Positions 37,902 to 45,608 of a stretch of DNA of 45,608 bases are shown one piece after another. Positions within the stretch are counted from its first letter, which is position 1. Each line of letters starts with the position of its first letter. The translations under genes were made by a program, and so were the position numbers. This DNA comes from Candidatus Iainarchaeum sp. GTDB taxonomy: Archaea; Nanobdellota; Nanobdellia; Pacearchaeales; GW2011-AR1. The stretch spans positions 1 through 45,608 of the forward strand of contig JBDRJG010000005.1 of the NCBI GenBank assembly GCA_043815085.1. The letters run 5' to 3'. The notes below the pieces were generated by a model. It was not told the origin of the DNA. It did not search any database and was given only the letters and a program-made list of their open reading frames with translations.

Positions 37902-38621
37902 ATGGAAAGAGGGAAGATAATATTAATTGAAGGAACTGATTCTTCTGGAAAAGCTACTCAAACAGAATTGCTTCTTAATAAGTTTGAAGAAAAGGGGATT
38001 CCTTGCAAAACAATAAGTTTTCCAGATTATAATACTCCTACAGGAAGAATTATTGGACAATGTTATTTAGGAAAAAAAGATTTAGGTCAGGAACTTGGGT
38101 GGGAAGGAGATTATTCGTGGCTTGGAAATGCAGATAAAGCAGATCCAAAAGTTATTTCTCTTTTTTATGCTGCAGATAGAAAAGCAGCTGTTTCTAAAAT
38201 AGAAAAGACTGTCAATTCTGGAGAACATTTAATTATAGACAGATGGGTAGAATCCAACATGGGGCATCAGGGAGGAAAAGCAAAAACCTTAGAAGAAAGA
38301 GAAGAAATAATCAATTATATAGAATCTTTAGAATATGATTTATTAAAACTTCCAAAACCAGATTTAACAATCTTTCTTTATATGCCCACAGAAGTTGCTT
38401 TTGAATTAAGAAAAAAAAGAGATGGGGGAAATAAAAATCTAGATGGGCATGAAACCAATCTTAATCATTTAAAAAATGCAGAAGAAGCTTATTTACAGTT
38501 AGCTAATTTGTACAATTGGACAAAAATAGATTGCGTTGAAAATGGAAAAATAAGATCTAGGCAAAATATCGCTGAAGAAGTTTATTTTGTTGTTAAGAAC
38601 CTTTTTAAAATCAAATCATAA
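37902..38621 (+). CDS. tmk: Thymidylate kinase
   Basis: IEGTDSSGKATQ, IIDRW, PKPDL. ATG 37902 follows the thyA stop. Confidence 0.92.
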   Translation: MERGKIILIEGTDSSGKATQTELLLNKFEEKGIPCKTISFPDYNTPTGRIIGQCYLGKKDLGQELGWEGDYSWLGNADKADPKVISLFYAADRKAAVSKIEKTVNSGEHLIIDRWVESNMGHQGGKAKTLEEREEIINYIESLEYDLLKLPKPDLTIFLYMPTEVAFELRKKRDGGNKNLDGHETNLNHLKNAEEAYLQLANLYNWTKIDCVENGKIRSRQNIAEEVYFVVKNLFKIKS

Positions 38622-38740
38622 ATTTTTCTTAGTTGTTCCATATATTGAAGATGGTTTGGAAAAAATGAAATCTTTGTATATCCCTAAAATAAATGAATTG
38701 TTTAGTTTATAAATTTGTTAAAGAAATTTTATTTTAATAT

Positions 38741-39175
38741 CTATTTGTTACCAGTATGGCCAAATCCTCCTGGACCTCTTTCTGTATCTGATAACTCCCC
38801 AACTTCTTTAAGAACCATTTTTTCAACTTGACTTAAAACAATTTGAGCAACTCTTTCACCTTTTTTAACAGAATAAGTTTCATTACTATGATTTATTAAA
38901 ATAACTCCCAACTCCCCCCTATAACTAGAATCAACTGTTCCAGGAGCATTTAAAACAGTTACTCCCTTTTTTATTGCAAGTCCTGATCTTGGCCTAACTT
39001 GTATTTCATACCCTATTGGGATTTCAAACACCAAACCAGTTCTAACTAATTCTCTTCCACCAGGTTTTAATTCACAATCATTTACTGAATAAACATCCAT
39101 CCCAGAATCACCTTCGTGAACATATTCTGGAATTATTGCTTCTGAATTTATTTTTTTAACTTTTACATCTGTCAT
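38741..39175 (-). CDS. dut: Trimeric dUTPase
   Basis: RPRSGLA, GTVDSSYRGE, RGPGGFGHTG. Confidence 0.96.
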   Translation of the reverse strand: MTDVKVKKINSEAIIPEYVHEGDSGMDVYSVNDCELKPGGRELVRTGLVFEIPIGYEIQVRPRSGLAIKKGVTVLNAPGTVDSSYRGELGVILINHSNETYSVKKGERVAQIVLSQVEKMVLKEVGELSDTERGPGGFGHTGNK

Positions 39176-39233
39176 TGCATATTAATTATAATTTACTATA
39201 AAAACATTTATTTTATTAATTATATAATCCATT

Positions 39234-40259
39234 TTAATATCTCTCAATCTCATCATTTAAGATATCTAATTCTATTCCTGCTTGTTTAAACATTTCTTCA
39301 GATTCTTTATCAGCATGATATCTTTTTTCACAAACAACTCTTTTTATGCCAGCATTAATGATCATTTTTGCACAAACAAGGCAAGGAGTCATTTTACAGT
39401 ATAGGGTGGCATTGTCAATAGCAATTCCTAATTTTGCTGCCTGACAGATTGCATTTTGTTCTGCATGAGTTGTTCTCACACAATGTTCTGAGATAGATCC
39501 GTCTTCGTGAATTGTTTTTTTAATTTGGTGCCCTATTTCATCACAATGAGGCAATCCTTTTGGAGACCCAACATATCCTGTAACCAGAATCTGCTTATTT
39601 TTCACAATAATACATCCGCTCTTACCTCTGTTACATGTAGCTCTCTTAGCCACAGCTCTTGCAATTTCCATAAAATATTCTTCCCAAGAAGGACGAGGAA
39701 TTTTTCTTTCAATCTCCTCATACAATTTACTCATCTTTTCTTTAATTTCTTCTAAACTTCCAGGATTTATTAATACAAAATCTGCTTGTTTCATACATTT
39801 CTCTACAGCTTGTCCTGTTTCAAGTTCTCCTATCCCTTTATCTCTGTCATCAACCTCAACAAATTCTTCCCATGTTTTTGGATCGCTCTCTCTGTTTCTA
39901 GAAATTAATCTCTGAAATCTTATTTCCTGCGAAGCATCAACAGAAACTAAAAAGAAATTCTTCAATTGTCTTAAAACTTTTATTTCTGCAGGATTTCTTA
40001 TCCCATCTACAATAGCTCTTTTATATTCTTGATTTTGGATTTTATCTAAAACTTTTTCAGCAAGAATTCCTACCCCGAAATTTTCTCTTAACCAATTTCC
40101 TAAATCCTGTAAATTTTTCCTTATAAGTTCAATTTTTCTTTCTTTAGCAATTTCTCTTAATTCATCAGATAGGGATAAATAAACAAAACCTTTTTCTTTT
40201 AAAAAATCAGAAACAATACTTTTTCCAGCACCCAAACTTCCGGTCAACCCAATTATCAT
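39234..40259 (-). CDS. P-loop nucleotide kinase fused to dCMP deaminase (ComEB-like)
   Basis: GLTGSLGAGKS and DGIRNPAE at the N-terminus; RPSWEEYFM, HAEQNA and PCLVC at the C-terminus. Confidence 0.88.
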   Translation of the reverse strand: MIIGLTGSLGAGKSIVSDFLKEKGFVYLSLSDELREIAKERKIELIRKNLQDLGNWLRENFGVGILAEKVLDKIQNQEYKRAIVDGIRNPAEIKVLRQLKNFFLVSVDASQEIRFQRLISRNRESDPKTWEEFVEVDDRDKGIGELETGQAVEKCMKQADFVLINPGSLEEIKEKMSKLYEEIERKIPRPSWEEYFMEIARAVAKRATCNRGKSGCIIVKNKQILVTGYVGSPKGLPHCDEIGHQIKKTIHEDGSISEHCVRTTHAEQNAICQAAKLGIAIDNATLYCKMTPCLVCAKMIINAGIKRVVCEKRYHADKESEEMFKQAGIELDILNDEIERY

Positions 40260-40302
40260 ATAGGATAATTAATCTTCTTCTTTTATAAGGATTATTGTGA
40301 TA

Positions 40303-41055
40303 TTATCTTATTTTAGCATTTGGCAAGTATTTTAACACCCTTTCTAACATCTCTTTTAATAATCTTTTAGGAGTCTCATGCATTTCCTCCGGAAGATTTT
40401 CTTTAGTAAATTTTTCATTAATCATGTCTTCTTCTCCTCTTGCAATAAATCTTTGCAAGAAATATTTGTGGTCTTTAGTTCCTGTAGTTTCATAAATAAA
40501 TTTTGCAATATCTTCAACTTCTTCCACAGTCATAAAATTTATATCTTTATTCTCTCTTATTATTGGAACAACTGTGGTTCTAAATTCATAATCTGGAAAT
40601 TGGGAGACAATCCCCATTCCTTTTTGTAAGTCATCTCTTAAATCAATATATTCTTTTCCTACAGCTTGCGCATATAGATAAGGGGGGGCTTTAATATCCA
40701 TTGCAACATAATCTATTAAATTCTCTTTTTTTAAATCTTGTAGAACACTATAATTACTGCCGTTTGTATCTAGTTTAACTTCTAATCCTCTTTTTTTTAA
40801 TTCTCTTACAAAATGAATTAAATCTAATTCTTGGGTGGGTTCTCCCCCAGTTATTACAACTTTATTTATATGTTTATTTCTTCTATCAAGGAGATTTAAT
40901 ATTTCTTCATTATTATATGGTTGGATTTCACCATAAACTAATCTTTTATTGTGACAAGTAGGGCATTTATAGTTACATTTAGAAGTAAATATGACAGAGC
41001 TTAACCCTTTATCATAGTCTTGAAAACTTTCATTAAGAAATCCTTTTATTTTCAT
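40303..41055 (-). CDS. nrdG: Anaerobic RNR activating enzyme (radical SAM)
   Basis: CNYKCPTCHN, TGGEPT, KLDTNG, YEFRTT; adjacent to nrdD. Confidence 0.93.
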   Translation of the reverse strand: MKIKGFLNESFQDYDKGLSSVIFTSKCNYKCPTCHNKRLVYGEIQPYNNEEILNLLDRRNKHINKVVITGGEPTQELDLIHFVRELKKRGLEVKLDTNGSNYSVLQDLKKENLIDYVAMDIKAPPYLYAQAVGKEYIDLRDDLQKGMGIVSQFPDYEFRTTVVPIIRENKDINFMTVEEVEDIAKFIYETTGTKDHKYFLQRFIARGEEDMINEKFTKENLPEEMHETPKRLLKEMLERVLKYLPNAKIR

Positions 41056-41058
41056 TTT

Positions 41059-44000
41059 CTAATTAGTGACAGGGGCATAATCAACAACTTTCTCAAGCAT
41101 CGTCTTAAAAATAGGAGAGTTTATTGTTCTGGTTTTCCCATTGTATTCAGAACTAAATCTTTCTACTTTATCTCCTTTATGAACAACTATTGTAGGATAA
41201 GTATCAATTGGAGCATTGTAAATTGCAGCAATAACTCTGTCATCTTCATTTCTTAAATCATATTTAACAAGCTCTATATTTTCTGCCATTTCTTTTGGTA
41301 ATTTTTTAATCTGCCTTTCTGCAATCTCTTGAGCCCGAGTACATTGGGGGCATTCAGGAGTTCCTAAGATTCCCACTCTTATTTTGCCTTCTTCAATAAT
41401 ACTTTTATATAATTCTGCTTCTAAATCATGTAAAGAAGAAGCTTCACCCACATAATGTTCCATTGCTTTTTGTCTATCTTTTAATTCTCCTTTCTTGCTT
41501 TTATTCCATGATCTAGGATCGCTAAAGTATCCAACAATCCTTGTTTTTTGAGAAATTTGTGATGAATCTTCATTTCCACATTCGGGGCATTTATCTACTA
41601 ATCCTCTTGTGTGGTTTCCACATGCACAGCAAGAAGTATGTTCGCCTGAAAAAACAACTTGTGAAGACTGGGTGTTGTAATAAATTGATTTAACAAAATC
41701 ATATGTAGCATTAGCTTTGTTCTTTTTTTCACCTGTAAAAAGATGGGTAATTGCTCCCGCCTCAATCATAGGATTTGTTTTAGCCTGTAAGATTGCTCTA
41801 TCTAAACCAGAAACTTTTGCATCTGGTCTTAAGTGAGCAGAGTTTGTATAATAAACTTCATCCTCTTCAATATTTCCTTTAATTATTGGTTTTGTTTCTT
41901 CAGGATATCTAATTAAATCAAGTTTTGCAAATCTTCTATTAGCAGACTCTCCGGGAGTCTCTTCAATTATAAACTTCATTTTGTATTTTTCAGACATTTG
42001 GTTCTTCATAGAATGCATATGGGAGATAATCTTCAATCCAAGTTTATATGCTTCAGCATCTTCATGCAATTCTTTACCTGTTAAATGTTGAACTAATTCA
42101 TTTAATCCAATAATTCCTATTATATAACTAGCTTTATTTAAGTCAATATAAGGTTCTCCATCATCAGAATTAGCACCCATATCCCTTAACGGACTTCCTT
42201 CTGTATCAAGGAGATTTTGTATGTATCTTCGTTTATTTGTGTGTGCCTTTAGAGCATATATCATGGATTTATCAATTTCCCCTAAAGTTGATTCTAATTT
42301 TTCTTCTAAGTTTTCTCCTTTTGCATTATATCCTGTTTGAGGAAGGTTTATTGAAACATTTTGAAATCCACAAAATCTCATTTTTTCAGGATGTTTTAAC
42401 ATGTAGGGGTCTGTGATTCTTTCTCGCAATCTACAGCATTGAGCAACATTCATACCATCTCCCCGATCAAACATAAAATAAACAGAATCATTATGTTCTA
42501 CAACTTCACAAGCTTTTTGCAATAATCTTTCTTGCGCAGGATCATTAAAAGTTTCTTCTCCAACATGTACATCACATTTTGGGAAATTAAAAGGAACCCC
42601 ATATTTATCACCCTCTTTAAAGATTTCTAATAATGCTTCTGCAAAATCTTGAGAAGCTTTTTTCACAAGTTCATGACCATATGTCATATAAACTGTTCCA
42701 TCTTCGGGTTGAATCACATCTTCATCTTTGTTTCTCAGAGGTTCTTGTTTATTTCTTTCAACAATTTCCCATTCCCCCCTTTTGTTTTGTTTTGTTTTTA
42801 TGTATGTTGCTTTAGAAAAAAGTGCAGGAATATTCTTTACATAGTTTGGCGTACTTAAATCAATATTAAAGTCAATAAATAGAGTTTGCCCTCCTCTTGA
42901 AAAAGCAGATTGTGATGCTCCAAAAATAAGGTTTTGAGCTACTTCTTTTAATTCTTTCTTAGAATATTCTTTTAACATTTTATAAGAGTTCGTCTCTTTG
43001 AATTCAAAAAGAGGAAGAGGAACAAAAACACCTTCTTCATCTTCAATAGTATCTATAAATCCTCCTTCCATTCTTTTTACTCTTTCCTTTTCTTCTTCTA
43101 ACTTTTCTTCTAAATTCTCTCTTTTCATTCTTCTAGGAATTTCTTTTTCTATTTTTCCCCCACTATTCCTTAGAATTTCTTTTCCTTCTACTACTTTAAT
43201 TTCTTTTAATAAAGAGGGGCCATATAGAGTATTTAACATTGGAAATCCTAATGCTCCAGCATAAGAAGATTGAATTGCAGCAAGAAAAGTGTGTATATGG
43301 TTATTCAATACCTTCGGATCATCTCCTGCTGGGTGGCTTTTTGAATCTAAGTTTGCAACGGTTTTATCTAACCCATATTTTTTAATAAATTCAACAGAAT
43401 GGGCTGAACAATAAACTCTATCAGGATATCCTAAATCGTGCAAATGAATTTTTCCATTTTTGTGTGCTTCTGCAACATCTTCATCAAAGATTTCTCTTAA
43501 TGCATATTCTTTTAATGCAAGTTCAGCAATACTTAGATTAACAGCTTCAGGATTATTTGCTTGAATATTGCTATTTTCAACAGATCTTGAATAAATTATT
43601 TGCTCAATATCATCTAGAGATATATTGACTCTTCTTCCGCCCAAAAGATCTTTAGGAGCATATCCTAATTCCATTAGTGAAGAATCAACAATAGAGAGTA
43701 GTTCTTCTTTTTCAACTAGTCTGCTAGTTTTTCTATTAGCTAAGATTTCTTCAAGTCTTTTAACGGCTTTCCTAGCATCTTCATAACTTACAGAAGTGTT
43801 TTCTACAATTAAAAGTTCCATAACATCAGAATTAAATTTACTCGCGGTTCCATTATCAAGAGCATGAATTCCTAATTGTTTATCTGTAGAATCAAAATCA
43901 ACAGCAAAAGGAAGATTAATTAACTTCTCTCTTACTAATTCTCTTCCTTCTTTATATCTTCTGTAAAATGCACCAGTAGAATCAACTCCCTTGACCATTT

Positions 44001-44391
44001 CTCTCATTTTAGGTAATATTTTATTATATTCTACAGAAGACCATTCATCAGAAATAGATTTTGAAAGGATTTCTGCATTTAGATCATCAAAAGTTTCAAA
44101 AACAGCTTCTTCAACATCTTCAACTCTGGGGGTTTTTTTCTCACTATATTTAAAGAACCCATTCTCTTGTGTTACGGACTGAAGTTTCTCACCAACTCTC
44201 ACAACAAAGTTCTTGAGATGTTCTTCATTATAATTTATTCCAGAGGCAACAGAAGCTTTTCTCACTGCATCTACAATCTTTTCGGGGGTATATTTTACAG
44301 TCTTTGTCTTTTCTCCTCTTTTTATGATTGCTGTAATTGGTTTACCTAGTTTTGGTGTTAATAATTCATCTAACGAATCTGGTATTTTCAT
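41059..44391 (-). CDS. nrdD: Class III ribonucleotide reductase with N-terminal ATP cone(s) and C-terminal thioredoxin-fold domain
   Basis: IHLHDL, QCCRL finger loop, ETPGES, zinc ribbon, RIVGY glycyl-radical loop, then CPQC..TYPT. Confidence 0.93.
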   Translation of the reverse strand: MKIPDSLDELLTPKLGKPITAIIKRGEKTKTVKYTPEKIVDAVRKASVASGINYNEEHLKNFVVRVGEKLQSVTQENGFFKYSEKKTPRVEDVEEAVFETFDDLNAEILSKSISDEWSSVEYNKILPKMREMVKGVDSTGAFYRRYKEGRELVREKLINLPFAVDFDSTDKQLGIHALDNGTASKFNSDVMELLIVENTSVSYEDARKAVKRLEEILANRKTSRLVEKEELLSIVDSSLMELGYAPKDLLGGRRVNISLDDIEQIIYSRSVENSNIQANNPEAVNLSIAELALKEYALREIFDEDVAEAHKNGKIHLHDLGYPDRVYCSAHSVEFIKKYGLDKTVANLDSKSHPAGDDPKVLNNHIHTFLAAIQSSYAGALGFPMLNTLYGPSLLKEIKVVEGKEILRNSGGKIEKEIPRRMKRENLEEKLEEEKERVKRMEGGFIDTIEDEEGVFVPLPLFEFKETNSYKMLKEYSKKELKEVAQNLIFGASQSAFSRGGQTLFIDFNIDLSTPNYVKNIPALFSKATYIKTKQNKRGEWEIVERNKQEPLRNKDEDVIQPEDGTVYMTYGHELVKKASQDFAEALLEIFKEGDKYGVPFNFPKCDVHVGEETFNDPAQERLLQKACEVVEHNDSVYFMFDRGDGMNVAQCCRLRERITDPYMLKHPEKMRFCGFQNVSINLPQTGYNAKGENLEEKLESTLGEIDKSMIYALKAHTNKRRYIQNLLDTEGSPLRDMGANSDDGEPYIDLNKASYIIGIIGLNELVQHLTGKELHEDAEAYKLGLKIISHMHSMKNQMSEKYKMKFIIEETPGESANRRFAKLDLIRYPEETKPIIKGNIEEDEVYYTNSAHLRPDAKVSGLDRAILQAKTNPMIEAGAITHLFTGEKKNKANATYDFVKSIYYNTQSSQVVFSGEHTSCCACGNHTRGLVDKCPECGNEDSSQISQKTRIVGYFSDPRSWNKSKKGELKDRQKAMEHYVGEASSLHDLEAELYKSIIEEGKIRVGILGTPECPQCTRAQEIAERQIKKLPKEMAENIELVKYDLRNEDDRVIAAIYNAPIDTYPTIVVHKGDKVERFSSEYNGKTRTINSPIFKTMLEKVVDYAPVTN

Positions 44392-44406
44392 TTTTCTACC
44401 ATCTTA

Positions 44407-44844
44407 TTATAATCTTCTCAATTCTTGTTTAAAATCTTTTATGTCCTCGAATTGTCTATATACAGATGCAAATCTTATATAGGCTATATTATCAATTTTC
44501 TTTAATTTCTTCATAACTGTCTCTCCAATAAGCGAACTTTGGATTTCTTTCTTTCCGTATTTTCTTATTTGTTCTTCAATTTCGTTTAGCATCTTTTTTA
44601 TTTTTTCTTGCGAAACAGGGCGCTTTTCAAATGCTCTTTCAATTCCAGCTTCAAGCTTTTTTAAATCAAACTTTTCACGCCTGCCGTCTTTTTTTATAAC
44701 ATATAAATCGCCTCTTTCAATTCTTTCATATGTTGTAAATCTCTTTTTGCATTTCAGGCACTCTCTCCTCCTCCTTATTCCATCTGGAGAACCTCTTTTA
44801 TCGGTCACCCTTGATTCGAGATGTGTGCAGTATGGACAATTCAT
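44407..44844 (-). CDS. nrdR: Transcriptional repressor NrdR
   Basis: MNCPYC, IRRRRECLKCKKRFTTYE, ATP cone, AYIRFASVY. Confidence 0.96.
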   Translation of the reverse strand: MNCPYCTHLESRVTDKRGSPDGIRRRRECLKCKKRFTTYERIERGDLYVIKKDGRREKFDLKKLEAGIERAFEKRPVSQEKIKKMLNEIEEQIRKYGKKEIQSSLIGETVMKKLKKIDNIAYIRFASVYRQFEDIKDFKQELRRL

Positions 44845-44856
44845 ATTATTTATAGC

Positions 44857-44904
44857 ATACAAGATGTTGTATGTTTAGTACCTCTGTATTACCACAGGTT
44901 GTAT
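44857..44904 (-). promoter_or_regulatory. Tandem NrdR boxes (44857-44872, 44889-44904)
   Basis: ATACAACATCTTGTAT and ATACAACCTGTGGTAA resemble acaCwAtATaTwGtg and lie 32 bp apart. Confidence 0.8.
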
Positions 44905-44974
44905 CTAGTGAAATACTCTTAAAAATAGGTACTATTTAAATATTTACAACTATTTAATAAAAGTGACAGGATTA

Positions 44975-45608
44975 GGCTTTGTTTAAAAAGTCCTGATTTG
45001 GTTTGACTTATTAAACAGGATTTCTTTCTCAGCCTATTTCTTAGCGTAGTTGTTGAAGAGTACAAATATTTATAAATTCTTAAAGTTTTGTTAAAAAATG
45101 GGTAGAGTAGAGATTGGAAAACAAGTAGATTACAAAACTTTAGAAACAGCACTTGTTAAAGCAGCAGAGGAGATTGGGTGGAAAGCCAAAGTTCAAGATA
45201 AATTTGAAAGGAATTACAAACTTGGTTCTGTTCAGGAAACACAAGATTATAGTCATACAATGGTTAATTTAAGAGGAAGAGTGTTTCCTGCAATGAAAGT
45301 ATATATTTCTAATAAAAGTCCTACAGACAGATTTTATGTTTGGCAAGGCTTTCCGTGTGGTTTAGTTTCTGAAAGAAAAATTCAAGAATATCTAAGTGCT
45401 GTTTCTAGAAATCTATAAATTCTTCAGCAATTTTGTTAAAATCTTGTTAGACAAAGTTTAAAGAAAAAAGAACTTAGAATTAAGTTTTAAACAGAAAATT
45501 CACCGATACTTTGGAGGCATCCGGATTAAAAAGTTGTGTTGGGAGATGTTGATAATTTATTATCACAATAAAATTTAAATATGCAAAAGAGTGGGGAGAA
45601 TTATGGAT
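44975..45608. mobile_element. End of another TIR element, apparently running off the window
   Basis: ggctttgtttaaaaagtc TIR, 12-bp spacer, inverted inner site gacttattaaacag; homology to 32208-32387. Confidence 0.65.
45098..45418 (+). CDS. Hypothetical passenger protein
   Basis: 106-aa ORF; TTTATAAA about 25 bp upstream. Confidence 0.6.
   Translation: MGRVEIGKQVDYKTLETALVKAAEEIGWKAKVQDKFERNYKLGSVQETQDYSHTMVNLRGRVFPAMKVYISNKSPTDRFYVWQGFPCGLVSERKIQEYLSAVSRNL

Noticed and set aside
42680-43210. Inteins in the NrdD insertions
   Set aside because: Too short, with no Cys/Ser start, His-Asn end or LAGLIDADG motifs.
1598-44349. Numerous 60-155 aa ORFs antisense to or inside long genes
   Set aside because: Shadows of well-supported genes with no independent motifs or promoters.
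44919-45152. 77-aa minus-strand ORF, and likewise 31589..31795
   Set aside because: They run through TIRs and promoters, overlap better-supported genes and have no motif support.

Overview
AT-rich archaeal chromosomal segment, most likely a DPANN archaeon (Pacearchaeota-like; inferred from the archaeal information-processing genes, BRE-TATA promoters, fused RpoA'/A'' and many short orphans). Core content: rnhB, an SMC-family ATPase, pcm, dnaG, the rpoH-rpoB-rpoA-nusA-rps12-rps7-EF2-EF1A cluster, and a dNTP-synthesis island (trx, thyA, tmk, dut, kinase-dCMP deaminase fusion, nrdG, nrdD, nrdR). It also holds tRNA-Ser(GCT), tRNA-iMet, tRNA-Lys(TTT) and several secreted proteins. Most unusual observations: (1) a family of transposase-free cassettes with related 17-18 bp terminal inverted repeats and 9-bp target duplications, carrying passenger genes, inserted exactly 6 bp upstream of the TATA box at dnaG and rpoH and near the TATA region of nrdR; (2) a tRNA-Ser(GCT) split in its anticodon loop by a 1159-bp insert that carries a second, intron-containing tRNA-Ser(GCT) and a nucleotidyltransferase; (3) an SMC with condensin-type heads but a central Rad50-type CPLC zinc hook and no evident hinge; (4) a class III RNR fused to a C-terminal thioredoxin-fold domain, downstream of tandem NrdR boxes. 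All calls come from reading the sequence by eye; no searches were run.
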